From Malacoraja senta (lineage: Eukaryota): a stretch of DNA of 36,954 nucleotides. A program made the position numbers and the translations under genes. The notes beneath the pieces were generated by a model that did not search any database, was not told the DNA's origin, and saw only the letters and a program-made list of their open reading frames with translations. This document shows, in pieces, positions 1-12,166 of this stretch (its first letter is position 1; each line of letters opens with the position of its first letter). The stretch is taken from positions 1 to 36,954 of the forward strand of contig JAXLNO010000283.1 of the NCBI GenBank assembly GCA_038087875.1, given 5' to 3'.

Positions 1-2530
1 GTGAAATGGCCTCCACTGCCTTCTGTGGCAGAGAATTCCACAGATTCACAACTCTCTGGGTGAAGAAGTTTTATCTCATCTCAGTCCTAAATGGCCTTCC
101 CCTTATTCTTAAACTGCGACTCCTGGTTCTGGACTCCCCCAATATTGGGAACATTTTTCTTGTACAATCCTTTAAAAGAACACCTCTCATCCTAAATTCC
201 AGTGAATACAAGCCCAGTTGACCCATTCTTTCATCATATGTCAGTCCCGCCATCCCTGGAATTAACCTGGTGAACCTACGCTGCACTCCCTCAATAGTAA
301 GAATGTCCTTCCTCAAATTAGGAGACCATAATTGCACACAATACTCCAGGTCCAGTCTCACCAGGGCCCAGTTGACTGCAGTAGGACCTCCTTGCTCCTA
401 TACTCAAATCCTCTCGCAATGAAGGCCAACATGCCATTAGCTTTCTTCACTGCCTGCTGTACCTGCATGCTTACTTTCAGTGACTGATGTACAGTACAAG
501 CGCACCCAGGTCTCGTTGCACCTCCCCTTTTCCTAATCTGACACCATTCAGATAATAATCTGCCTTCCTGTTCTTGCCACCAAAGTGGACAACCTCACAT
601 TTATACTGAATCTGCCATGCATTTGCCCACTCACCCAACCTATCCATGTCACACTGCAGCCTCATAGCATCCTCATCACAGCTCACACTGCCACCCAGCT
701 TGTGTCATCCGCAAACTTGTCACATTTAATTCCCTCGTCTAAATCGTTAATATATATTGTAAATAACTGGGGTCCCAGCACCGAGCCTTGCGGCATCACA
801 CTAGTCACTGCCTGCCATTCTGAAAAGGACCCGTTAATTCCTGCTCTTTGCTTCCTGTCTGACAACCAGTTCTCTATCCCATGTCAATGCCCTACCCCCA
901 ATACCATGTGCTCTAATTTTGCACACAAATCTCTTGTGTGGGACCTTGTCAAAGGCTTTTTGAAAGTCCAGATACACCACATCCACTGGCTCTCCCTTAT
1001 CCATTCTACTTGTTACATCCTCAAAAAATTCCAGAAGATTAGTCAAGCATGATTTCTCCTCCATAAATCCATGCTGACTTTGACCGATCCTGTCACTGCT
1101 TTCCAAATGCACTGCTATAACATCTTTAACAATTGACTCAAGCATCTTCCCCACTACCGATGTAAGACTATCTGGTCTAGAATTCCCCGTTTTGTCTCTC
1201 CCTCCTTTCTTAAAAAGTGGGGTTACATTGGCTACCCTCCAGTCCACAGGAACTGATCCAGAGTTGAGAGAACATTGGAAAATGATCACCATGGCATTCA
1301 CGATTTCTAGGGCCACCTCCTTGAGTACTCTGGGATGCAGACCATCAGGCCCTAGGGATTTATCTGCCCTCAGTCCCAACAGCTTTTTCCTGACTAATAG
1401 AAACATGGAAAATAGGTGCAGGAGGAGGCCATTCGGCCCTTCGAGCCAGCACCACCATTCATTGTGATCATGGCATGAAATGTGGATTCCCTTCAGTTCC
1501 TCCCTCCCACTAGACCCTCGGTCCCCTAGTATTTCTGCGAGATTGTTTGTGTCTTCCTTAGTGAAGTACTTCCAAAGTACTCATTTAACTGTTCTTCCAT
1601 TTCTTTGTTTCCCATTATAAATTCACCTGTCTCCAATTGCAAATGACCTACATTTGTCTTCACTAATCTTTTCCTTTTTACATATTTGAAGAAGCTTTTA
1701 GTCAATTTTTATATTCCCCGCAAACTTTCTTTCATGCTCTTTATCCCGTCTTAATTAACCACTTTGTCTTACTCTGTTGCGTTACATTTCTCCAAGTCCT
1801 CCGGTTCGCTGCTCCCTCTGGCCAATATATATGCCTTTTCCTTGGATTTAACACTATCCTTGATTTTCCTCGTTAGCCACGGTTGAGCCGCCTTCCCCGT
1901 TTTATTTTTTCGCCAGACAGGGATGAACAATTTTTGGAGTTCATCCATGCGGTCTTTAAATTTTTACCATTGCATCTCTATCGTCAACCCAGTCTATCCT
2001 AGCCAATTCCCGTCACATACCTTCAAAGTCTCCTTTCTTTACATTCAGGACCCGTCTCTGAATTAACTGTGTCACTTTCCATCCTAATGCAGAATTCCAC
2101 CATATTATGGTCACTGTTGCCCAAGGGGCTTCGCACAACAAGATCGCAAACTAATATTTCCTCATTACACAACACCCAGTCTAAGATGGCCTGTCCTCTC
2201 GTCGGCTTTTCTACATATTGGTTTAAAAAACCATCCCGTATACATTCCAGGAAATCCTCCTCCTCAGCGTTGCTACCAATTTGGTTGGCCCAATCTATAT
2301 GTGGATTAAAGTCACCCATGATAACTGCTGTACCTTTGCTACGGGCATCCCTAATTTCCTCCTTAATGCTATCCCCAACCTCCCTACTGCTGCTTGGTGG
2401 GTCTGTATACAATTTCAACTAGCGTTTTCTGCCCGTGGCTATTTCGCAGTTCTACCCATACAATTCTACAGCATCCAAGCTAATGTCTCTCCTTGCTATT
2501 GTATTAATCTCCTCTTTAACCAGCAATGCC
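1..2530 (-). mobile_element. Degenerate CR1-clade LINE ORF2 (APE endonuclease and RT), runs off window start
   Basis: ORF pieces [62 protein letters not shown]; many frameshifts. Confidence 0.95.
1399..1478 (-). mobile_element. Short CR1 3'-tail fragment inserted inside the CR1 above
   Basis: Matches the CR1 3' end at 9416-9492 and interrupts ...CTAAT|AATGTGG, which is contiguous in the homologous CR1 at ~29200. Confidence 0.8.
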
Positions 2531-2534
2531 ACTG

Positions 2535-3070
2535 TTTCCAGAACTAGAGCTGTAGTGAGAGGTTGAGTAGGCTGGGTCTCTATTCCATGGAGCGCAGGAG
2601 GATGAGGGGGGATCTTATAGAGGTGTACAAAATCATGAGAGGAATAGATCGGGTAGATGCAGTCTCTTGCTCAGAGTTGGGGAATCGAGGACCAGAGGAC
2701 GTAGGTTCAATGTGAAGGGGAAAAGATTTAATAGGAATCCGAGGGGTAACATTTTCACACAAAGGGTGGTGGGTATGTGGAACAAGCTGCCAGAGGGGGT
2801 AGTTGAGGCTGGAACTATCCCATCATTTAAGAAACAGTTAGACAGGTACATGGACAGGACAGGTTTGGAGGGATATGGACCAAGCGCAGGCAAGCGGGAT
2901 TAGTGTAGCTGGGAATTATTGGCCGGTGTGGGCAAGTTGGGCCGAAGAGCCACAGTTTTGAAGGGTCTTGACCCGAAACATCACATATTCCTTCGCTCCA
3001 TAGATGCTGCCTCACCCGCTGAGTTTCTCCAGCATTTTTGTCTACCTATTTCCACACTGTATGACTCTCT
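2535..3070 (+). mobile_element. 5'-truncated CR1 (second subfamily), with a Penelope-derived repeat at ~2952-3046 inserted in its 3' tail
   Basis: ESRTRG..FTQRVVGMWNKLPEGVVEAGTI peptide; tail GGGCCGAAGAGCC|insert|TATTTCCACACTGTATGACTCT. Confidence 0.85.
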
Positions 3071-3445
3071 ACCAGATTTGGCCAGCAGATCACTGTATCT
3101 CCGTACACATGACAATAAATAAACCATAGAATTTTATAGCTACTCAGAGGTTTTCCAAAGAGAGGTTATAATAAAGTGCCATATGTGAGAGAATATAATA
3201 AAGCTATGTGTGGCAGCAGGCCTGGTTTGTAGCTGCGATGAGGTAAGACTGTTCGATTAACGTTTTGTAACATTGTCAGCACCTGAAACGTGGCGACTAG
3301 GTGACGTCTACTGTATGATTTTACCGGATTGTATACAAAAACAAAGAATTTCACATGTGACAATAAAGTATCATTGAATTAAGTAGTTCTAACACTTTGG
3401 AGTTGTAAAAATGGTTATATATCAACACAAATGTACATTTCATAC

Positions 3446-3602
3446 CCTCAGTGTACTTAATTCATTATCCTCTTCTGCATTCACTCCATCCATTGAGCCT
3501 TCCGGGGAAATATCCATGTTCTCCAATGAACTATCATGACGCAAATTCATATCTGAAGAATCATTCTCTCTACTGGCAGCTTGCCTTGATCTTCCTCCTC
3601 GA
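3446..3602 (-). CDS. PDS5B: PDS5B penultimate coding exon: RGGRSRQAASRENDSSDMNLRHDSSLENMDISPEGSMDGVNAEEDNELSTLR
   Basis: Homologous to RVGRSKQAATKENDSS...EEEEVSTVN; CAG acceptor, donor GTATGA; final exon not seen in window. Confidence 0.88.
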
Positions 3603-3796
3603 CTGTAATGACATGAGAAACACGTCTTCAAAGTTGTGATAATTATTACGAAAGGAACAAAACTGCCACAGTGAATAATTAATACACTGATCTAAATGTG
3701 ATTTGCTACTGGGTTTCAAATTAATATATTTGTTTGAGTGAAAGTATCCACCACTTAGCTCATCGTCACTTTAAATGAACTCTAATGTTTTCAAGG

Positions 3797-3987
3797 TAGA
3801 ACACAAAGTGCTCGAGTAACTCAGCACTTTAGGCAGCATCTCTGCAGGACACGGGTAAGTGACGTTTTGGGTCGCGACTCGAAACATTGCCTTTCCATGC
3901 CCACCAGAGCTATTACCTGACTCGCTGAGTTACTCCAGCACTTTGTGTTCTATGCAAGATTCCAGCATCTGCAGTTCCTTGTGTCTC
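3797..3987. mobile_element. Palindromic (inverted pair) Penelope-derived short repeat
   Basis: TAGAACACAAAGTGCTCGAGTAACTCAGC (3797-3825) pairs with GCTGAGTTACTCCAGCACTTTGTGTTCTA (3924-3952). Confidence 0.8.
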
Positions 3988-4372
3988 TTTAATACTAACA
4001 ACATGGTGCTGAAAATACAACTTTTAAGACAGGGAAATATGTAACTTTCAGTTCCTCGTACCACTATCATGCTTTATGTATTGGCTGGAAACCAAATATG
4101 CACTCACTGTCCAAACTTTAGTGTCTCAGTCCAACACCAAGAAAAACAGACACATCTATAATTCACCTCATTGAATGCATTAATTAACATCTCCTTCTTC
4201 TTAGGCTCTTCTCGGGGTAGAGATGGACTCATTTCCACTCCAACGTGGAGTTGCGGGAGATGCTTTTAACGGTTTGACAGATCAAAGTTCATGGAATAAT
4301 TAAAACATCCAAAATGACTGGTGACCAGGTTCTGCAGCATGGACTTAGCACGTAAGATGCAAACACACACAC

Positions 4373-4682
4373 TGATGGGGTACCTCATTGAAACTTACTG
4401 AATAGTGAAAGGCCTAGATGGAGTGATAGGATGTTTCCACTAGTGGTCTAGGACCAAAGGGCACAGCCTCAGAATAAAATGAAGTACCTTTAGAAAGGAG
4501 ATGAGGAGGAATTACTTTAGTCAGAGGGTGGTGAATCTGTGGAATTAATTGTCGCAGAACGCTGTGGAGGATATTTTAAATGCAGAGATTAGGAAGTGGA
4601 GGGAAAGATAGATCAGCCGTGATTGAATGGTGGTAGATTTGATGGGCCGAATGGCCTAATTCTGTTCCTATAACTTATGAAT
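4373..4682 (+). mobile_element. CR1 3' fragment
   Basis: RT C-terminal region and 3'UTR ending GGGCCGAATGGCCTAATTCTGTTCCTATAACTTATGAA. Confidence 0.85.
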
Positions 4683-5219
4683 ACACACGTCATGGACACA
4701 CACACAACTTGATAACCTAGGATCTTTTCTCAAGTAGATGCCTTTGCATTCTTTCAGTATGGATGCACTCTAGGATAGTCATGACCTAAAACCTCAATTA
4801 CAACTTTTGTTTACACTTAGAACTAGCTCAACTCCAATGGATTACCCTAATTATGTGCTAATTATCAGTGAAAGTCATGCAGCAAAAGAAACTGTATTAC
4901 AAGTAATTTCTGTTAAATCACCCCGATTTAAATTATGTTATCATAAAATATGTATGAAAATGTGTAACTTTTCTTCCTCTCAACACGGTGAATAGTTAAG
5001 TATCAATAATTATCATTTCTAAACAGACTTGATAATGATGACTCTAATGGCAGATGAATGGAAAGCAGTTTCACAAGAATAGTGGATTGTATAAGCGAGT
5101 TCAGTATTACAACGGCGCATGCCCAGGTCATGGGTCATTCGGGATAAACATTCTCGCCAGCTGAGCTACTGTGTGGACCTGCGTATTCATTTCAATGAGA
5201 TTTATAAATAAATTTAAGA

Positions 5220-5850
5220 ATCAGAATCAAACTTTATTCGTCAAGTATGTTTTGCAACATACGAGGAATTTCATTGGCCAGGTTAGTCATACAAATAAAA
5301 GTAACTGATCACTCAAAAAAACACATTTTAACATGAACATCCACCATAGTGACTCCTACACATTCCTCACTGTGATGGAAGGCGAAATAAAGTTCAAGTC
5401 CTTCCTTAGTTCTTCCTCGGTCGTGGGCCTCGAGCCCCCGTTGACGGGATGATCTTAACTCCCGTAGCCGGCGGTGTTCGGGTCCTCCGCGTCGAGACGA
5501 TCTGCCCCTGCATCGGGGGGGTGTCAGCCCTTGGTGTTGGTTCCGCGGTGGTCGCGATCCCAGGCAAGGGATCAGCTCCGATGTTAAGTTCACGCCCCGC
5601 GGTGGGGCTCACGACAGTCCGAGGGGGCCTCCAGCTCCATCGATGGTAGGCCGCAGAGCATCCGAAAATTGAACACATCTCCGGGAAGTTAAGAAACTGA
5701 AAAAAAGTTTCCACCGATCCCCTCCCCCTCCCCCCACATAAAAAACAAACCGAAGAACATTAAAACAAACTTTTAACGCACTAAAAAATAACAAAAAGAA
5801 AGAAAATACGAACAGACTGCCGGCAGGGCAGCCATCTCCCCGGTGGTAAG
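5220..5850 (-). mobile_element. Non-autonomous retroposon with (TTCTGA)n-type tail (Rex/Babar- or L2-associated)
   Basis: 9-bp direct repeats AATTTAAGA at 5211-5219 and 5851-5859; minus-strand 3' end AATAAAGTTTGATTCTGATT; CpG-rich body. Confidence 0.7.
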
Positions 5851-7260
5851 AATTTAAGACAGTTCTTACATTCCTATCTAAACAACCTTCCTGGATTGAA
5901 GGAAACAAGGAGAATGTGCTGTGTGGGGGGTAGGTTGGAAAGTTCAGATTGGATTCGAAGAGGCTGGTTAAACTTTCAAGGTGGGTTGGCTTAAATAAAG
6001 ATGCTCTGGGGTTGGTTCCAGTCTGTCAGGGCACATAGTTGGGAGTCGGGTATGGGTGACCGGCGGTGATAATTATGAGAATTTACAGCCTTGTGAACCG
6101 CAGCCAAACTAGAGGCTTCACTCAGGAGTGGGTCGCAGCTCGCCAGCTGACGGGACCTGTTCTCGCTCTCTTTGAAGGAGGCGCAACCCGCCCCAGCAAA
6201 TGGGCAAACGCGGAGCCAACCCTTAATATGAGTGGGAGCATTTTCTCAGTCAGACTTTGTCGACAGTTGGAGTGGAGGATCTGGGAGAGAGAGAGAGCGC
6301 TGGCGATGCCGCACAGATGGAACAGTTTAATAACGACCCATTACAATCCGCCCTTCGGCTACTCAGCAACCTGGGTTGATCTGATCTGACAGCCCTCTCG
6401 CTAGCTCGCTGCGTGCCCGATCTTAACAGAACCTCCACAAAACATTTGTGCTCCGGGTAACACCTGCACAAAGAGCCTCTGCTAACAAGGGCTGGCGAAC
6501 TGTGCTGGTCAACGTGCACTGGGCGAGATGGCTGGGGGAAATGCACCGCAACCACCACAAACTTGGAATAGCACAGACCCTCCACTCACTCAATCCAATA
6601 CTAAAGGGCAGGCATTTCGCAGTTAATGTCTTATATTAGATTGGCGGTTCCTTCACAGGGCCAACCCTGTACTCGGAGATTAATCTTTCCTTAACGGTAC
6701 ATTCACACCGCCTTTATGTACAGCATCAGCCCACATCACATTGATACAGTTGCTGCCTGCCTCAGATTAAATATATTTTTACACATAAATTATGAATAAA
6801 GATAAGAAAATGTTTCAAACACAAGTAATATTTCTTATTCCAGTAGCAAACACATTAAGCATTAAATGAAAATAATAAATTCTTTAACTTTTTGAATATC
6901 TCATAATTGCAGATTAATGAACTGAACTAGAACTGTAAGTAGTGTGTGAACAGCAGAACAAGAAAGGAAGCTATTGACAGAATTCTAGATTAATTCCTTG
7001 GTACAATAGTTAACAATTTATACAGTTTATACAGCGCTGCGTTCGCTTTAAAAAAAAATCCCGAATGACCTTTGACAAATCCCATGATTCCTTGCGTTTA
7101 TCGAGATACCGAACTCGCTTATTAGTGCCTTCTTTAGGACCAGGTAATTGCAGCTTGCTTGGACGTACGTATTTATTGATCACTAATTGAAATACAAACA
7201 AGGACATATGGCCAAATCAAATTTTTATGGGTTGTTTCAATAAAGAGCATTTCATTTCAT

Positions 7261-7523
7261 CTGCAGATGCTGGTTTACACCGAAGACAGACACAAAAAGC
7301 TGGAGTAACTCAGCAGGTCAGGCAGCATCTCTGGAGAAAAGGAATATGTGTTGTTTTGGGTCGAGACCCTTCTTCAGAAAAGTTTTGTATTTTGGAAATG
7401 TGTCTGACATAGAAGAGTTCAATTTTCAATTTAGTGAGGATCAGATTTAATTTTTTTTTCATAGAAAACAGTCCGAAGAAGAGTGGCGACCTGAAACTTT
7501 TCTCCAGCATTGTGTGTCTATTC
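7261..7523. mobile_element. Inverted pair of Penelope-derived repeats enclosing a copy of local intron DNA
   Basis: Minus copy 7261-7377, plus copy 7469-7523; spacer matches 8391-8480. Confidence 0.8.
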
Positions 7524-8135
7524 TTGCCATGGTTTAACTAAATTATACAAGCGGTGCTGGCTCGAAGGGCCGAATGGCCTCCTCCTGAACATATTTTCTA
7601 TGTTAAATATTACTTGGTCCATTCAACGCTACTCATATTAACTAGAATGATGCAGCTCTATTTTTATTTGCTTCCAACATACAAGATTTATATCTTAATA
7701 TTGATTTTTGTGAAACAGAGATGGACTGTAACTAATACAGTTATTTAGCATCTGGGGACAAAACAGTGAACTACGAGATGCAACTTTTAACTTTACATAC
7801 AATATATTACGGAAATGATAGGATAATAATGACCAAAATTTAAATAGGAATCCACAGTATCAGGTTAGGTCAGAGAATACGATGGTTGAGGAATTTTACA
7901 CAAGTTAATTTGTGTATTACAAGTACCTTAATTAGCCAAATTACTGCTTGTTTCAATTTAAAGATACTAATGGATATTCAAGAGTCTGGAGAATTAACTG
8001 CATGTTAATTCTAAGAAATAAAGAGTTCCGGATTTATTTAATAATCCAGGATCTGACAGATTTACTGTGCCTTCCCTAACTTTTAGATCCATTTAGTTCC
8101 CATTAGTGAACATTCTTGGGTATTCTTCAAGTGCA

Positions 8136-8290
8136 GATTGATAGGGTCTTGATTAGTAAGGGTGTCAAAGGTTACGGAGAGAAGGCAGGAGAATGGGGTT
8201 GAGGGTGGAAAAATAGATTAGCCATGATTGAAAGGTGCAGCAGACTCGATGGGCCGAACGCCATAATTCTGCACTTATGTCTTATGATCA
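8136..8290 (+). mobile_element. CR1 3' tail fragment
   Basis: GGGTGTCAAAGGTTACGGAGAGAAGGCAGG...ATGGGCCGAA, similar to other CR1 tails in window. Confidence 0.75.
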
Positions 8291-8572
8291 TTTTGACAGA
8301 AAAAGGGTAATTAATTCTTCCAGCTTTTGGAAAATTTCCCATCTCTCAAATGCCAATACTGCGTGTTATCACACAAATAATCTGGAAATTAGACAAGTTC
8401 TGTACTTTGGAAATGTGTCTGACATAGAAGTGCTCAATTTTCAATTTAGTGAGGATCAGATTTTTTTCATCGAAACTGTCATCTGTGGAGGCATAAAAGA
8501 ATGTTCAAAATGTTAATACAATATTCAAACAAACAGTTTCAATCTTCAAATGTAACACCTGTCACCACTTAC

Positions 8573-8692
8573 AAATTTTTCTTTGGTTGCGATTGAGATG
8601 TAGGTGGTGTTTTCGGTGGCCTTCCACGTTTCTTCTGTGGTGTTGATTCCGGAGATAATGAATCATTCACGTCCGCCTCTGGCGTTTCTATT
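8573..8692 (-). CDS. PDS5B: PDS5B exon: IETPEADVNDSLSPESTPQKKRGRPPKTPPTSQSQPKKN (AT-hook)
   Basis: Homologous to STPQKGRGRPSKTPSPSQPKKN; TAG acceptor, donor GTAAGT; 120 nt. Confidence 0.92.
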
Positions 8693-8990
8693 CTACAGTA
8701 TAAATGATTGCAACACAATATTCTTAGCTCAATTTATTGAAGTGCTAAAGCTTAAAACCACAAACCCATCCAGATAATTAGGCCAAGAAATAGGTTCTAG
8801 CAACTCGAAGGTCACCTACAGAAACCCAAGGACACTTACAGATTTCTGCTGACATCTCAACACATATGCATCATGAGAAGGTAGAAGTTGTAACAAATTT
8901 TTGAAAATGGGCCAAAACATTACAATTTAAAAAATGCACTACTTTTAGCTATTGAATTTTTATATTAAAATTCACCCCAGAACAAATATT

Positions 8991-9280
8991 AGAGTCAGTC
9001 ATACAGCACGGAAACAGGCCCTTCGGCCCAACTTGCCCATGCTGACCAAGATGCCCCATCTATACTAGTCCCACCTGCCCAAGCCCAGTCCATATCCCAC
9101 CAATCACCTATCATCCATGTACCTGTCCAAATGCCTTTAGAATGTTGTTTATACTACCTGCCTTGACTACCTCCTCTGGCAGCTCATTGGTGTTAGCCTC
9201 CGAGTGAAAATGTTGCCCCTCAGGTTCTTATTAAATCTTTCCCCTCTCACCTTAAACCTATGTTCCCTGGTTCTTGATTC
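8991..9280 (-). mobile_element. CR1 3' fragment
   Basis: ESRTREHRFKVRGERFNKNLRGNIFT peptide; tail ACAGCACGGAAACAGGCCCTTCGGCCC. Confidence 0.85.
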
Positions 9281-9415
9281 TACTTGAATTGTGGCACTTT
9301 TTGAAATAATAGAGTAATTTGTAGAGAATGCAACACCACCTGCTGGTGTGACCAAATTGATATGCTAATTTTACCATTTAACACAAAATCATTCATTACA
9401 ATATAATCAGATGGT

Positions 9416-10147
9416 ATAGAAACATAGAAAATAGGTGCAGGAGGAGGCCATTCGGCCCTTCGAGCCAGCACCACCATTCATTGTGATCATGGCTGATCGT
9501 CCCCAATCAATAACCCGTGCCTGCCTTCTCCCCATATCCCTTGATTCCACTAGCCCCTAGAGCTCTATCTAACTCTCTCTTGAATCCATCCAGTGATTTG
9601 GCCTCCACTGCCTCTGTGGCAGGAAATTCCACAAATTCACAACTCACTTGGTGAAAAAGTTTTTTCTCACCTCAGTATTAAATGCCTCCCCTTTATTCTA
9701 AGACTGTGGACCCTGGTTCTGGACTCACCCAACATTGGGAACATTTTTCCTGCATCAAGCTTGTCCAGTCCTTTTATCATTTTATGTTTCTATAAGATAT
9801 CCCCTCATCCTTCTAAACTCCAGTGAATACAAGCCTAGTCTTTTCAATCTTTCCTCATATGACAGTCCCGCCATCCCAGGGATCAATCTCGTGAACCTAC
9901 GCTGCACTGCCTCAATCACAAGGATGTCCTTCCTCAAATTAGGAGACCAAAACTGTACACAATACTCCAGATGTGGTCTTACCAGAGCCCTATACAACTG
10001 CAGAAGAACCTCTCTATTCCTATACTGAAATCCTCTTGTTATGAAGGCCAACATTCCATTAGCTTTCTTCACTGCCTGCTGTACCTGCACGTCAACTTTC
10101 AGTGACCGCTGTACAAGGACACCCAGGTCTCGCTGTACCTCCCCCTT
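9416..10147 (-). mobile_element. 5'-truncated CR1 LINE
   Basis: QVQQAVKKANGMLAFI...LVRPHLEYCVQFWSP ORF; (TTTCTATG)n tail. Confidence 0.95.
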
Positions 10148-10495
10148 ATGTCAGGTAATGAATGACACGAACATGTTGAAAAATTAATGAACAAACCCTG
10201 ATGAAACGTCTTTATAAAATCTATGCTATATTTCCATTTACCATGTGAAGAGCATGTTACTCTTAATTCTAAGAGCATTAAAATGTTTATATTTCTTTTT
10301 GGATGAATGGACAAGTCATTACAGATCTCTATGGCTTACAGTTTTTCATCATCTAGACTGCACTTTGCACTGCGTATTTTACATCCAATTCCATTACAAT
10401 GAAAGTGATTTGAAACAATTTTGCCCATTCACTTAATCTTTCTGATGCTTTTCTAATCCAATGCTTTCAAATGGTGTACTAACAACAGTAGCCAT

Positions 10496-10625
10496 AAGAG
10501 TCATAGCCATACAGCATGGAAACAGGCCCTACTGTCCAACTTGCACATGCCAACCAAGATGTCCTATCTACACTAGCCCCATTTGCCTGTATCTGGCCCA
10601 TATACCTCTAAACCCTTCCCATCAC
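10496..10625 (-). mobile_element. CR1 3' tail fragment
   Basis: ATACAGCATGGAAACAGGCCC... tail shared with 8991 and 20560 copies. Confidence 0.75.
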
Positions 10626-10721
10626 CACATGTCTTTGTATCATCAACATACTTGGATATGTGGTTTCAATTCCATCATTTGGACTTTCCCCACTACTGAA
10701 AACATCCTCTCCACCCAGATT

Positions 10722-10970
10722 TGATCCTGACTACGGCTGCTGTCTGCACGGAGTCTGCACATTCTCCCTGTGACCACGTGGGTTTTCTCAGGGTGTTCCT
10801 GTTTCTTCTCACATTCCAAAGACGTGCAGGTTTGTAGATTAATTGGCTTAAGTAAAAACAAATATATCTAGTGTGTAGGATAGAATTAGTGTATGTATGA
10901 GTGATTGCTGGTCAGCATGGACTTGGTGGGCCAAAGGGCCTGTTTCACTGCTATATCTCTAAATTAAACA
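10722..10970 (+). mobile_element. HE1-type V-SINE (5'-truncated)
   Basis: V-domain GGAGTCTGCACATTCTCCCTGTG...TCCAAAGACGTGCAGG followed by CR1-derived tail GGGCCAAAGGGCCTGTTTC. Confidence 0.85.
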
Positions 10971-11481
10971 AAAAATTAAAAAAGGATACAAATCCAGTTG
11001 CAGCAAAAGTGTGCAGGTGTTAAAGAATCCAAAACTAAAACTGAATGCTGGAACTGTGACCGCAACTGTACTGCAGTTCAGACTGCATAAGTGAGGGGCG
11101 AAAAAGAGTCAATGTTTCGGGTAGAGGACTCGTCCTCAGAATTGGAAAAATATGGAAAGTGAGCATACTTTATATTGCAGTGGGTGGAGAGAACAGAGGG
11201 AATGTCAGTGACAAAAGCTGGGAAATCCAATCTTTAGGGAACAATCTGACAGATTCAAGTGTGCACGTTATCGCCTTGCTAGTCAAGAGAAACAATCCCC
11301 TACTTCACAAACTGTTCATCAACTTGGTAGACTGAACCCTGCAGCAGCTGTTTGCATACATTTGAGTTATAAGAAGGCAATTTCTATTGGAAAAAATATT
11401 GAGCTGCATTAAATTTTAATCAATAGATACAATCCAAAACAGAGATTCAAACCATCAACATGAGCACTTACCAAATACATC

Positions 11482-11699
11482 CATTTGGCAACTTTCCTGA
11501 ATAATTTATTTATAAAATCTGTACCACACTTCTATTGTCTTGAATATTTTGTAGGTCTTTTTAGATTTTCTCTTGAAACTTTAGTGCATTCATTTGGCAA
11601 CTATCCTGAAGAGCTCCTTTATAAAATCTGTACTATACTACTGTTTGCCTTGAATATTTAGTAGGTTTTTTAGAATTTCTCTTGAAACTTTAGTACATC
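11482..11699. repeat. Two-copy tandem duplication, ~109-bp unit
   Basis: Units start CATTTGGCAACT at 11482 and 11591 and both end CTCTTGAAACTTTAGT(G/A)CAT. Confidence 0.9.
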
Positions 11700-11735
11700 T
11701 AAGGCCGATGAAGTTATCCATTTCCAAGTACTAAC

Positions 11736-12166
11736 CTTTGCTGAGAGTTTTTGGTTGTTCTCGTCGGCCTGATTTTTTTTTGCTTTTGTTCCTTGTTTTC
11801 ATTGTCTCCATCACCATCTTCTTCATCTGCTGATACTGGCCTCTTTTTTCCCCTTTTGCCTCCCTTTCCTTGGGTCTCACCCTTTGAAAGTTCCTCATTA
11901 GTAGCTTTGGGTGGGCGCCCTCTCCTTGTTTTCTTTGGTGGACTATTCTGTTCATCCTCGTTCTCCAAGAGGTCTTCCTTTGATCGCTTCTCCTCTGGCC
12001 ACTGCTGTTCATCTGATTCAGAGGTGTGTGCGGCTCTTTTCCGGCCACGTTGACTTGCTTTCACGGGTTTCACCTGATCCAGAAGTTCTACACTTGATCG
12101 ATCCTCTTGATCTAATGAAATGGCAGGTGATCCTTTCTTTCGTCCTCTGGGTTTATCGGTTTCTGA
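11736..12166 (-). CDS. PDS5B: PDS5B large C-terminal exon SETDKPRGRKK...SESDEQQWPEEKR...NEDEQNSPPKKTRRGRPPK...SQQR (AT-hook)
   Basis: SESDEQQWPEEKR and ENEDEQNSPPKK are diagnostic of PDS5B; TAG acceptor, donor GTTAGT; 431 nt. Confidence 0.95.

Noticed and set aside
3440..3445. In-frame GTA TGA read-through as the PDS5B stop
   Set aside because: It coincides with a good splice donor, vertebrate PDS5B has one further short exon, and I saw no nearby minus-strand AATAAA.
6448..6700. ORF with EMHRNHHKLGIAQTL resembling an integrase zinc finger or a viral protein
   Set aside because: No downstream cysteines or DDE core and stops nearby; the similarity is too weak.
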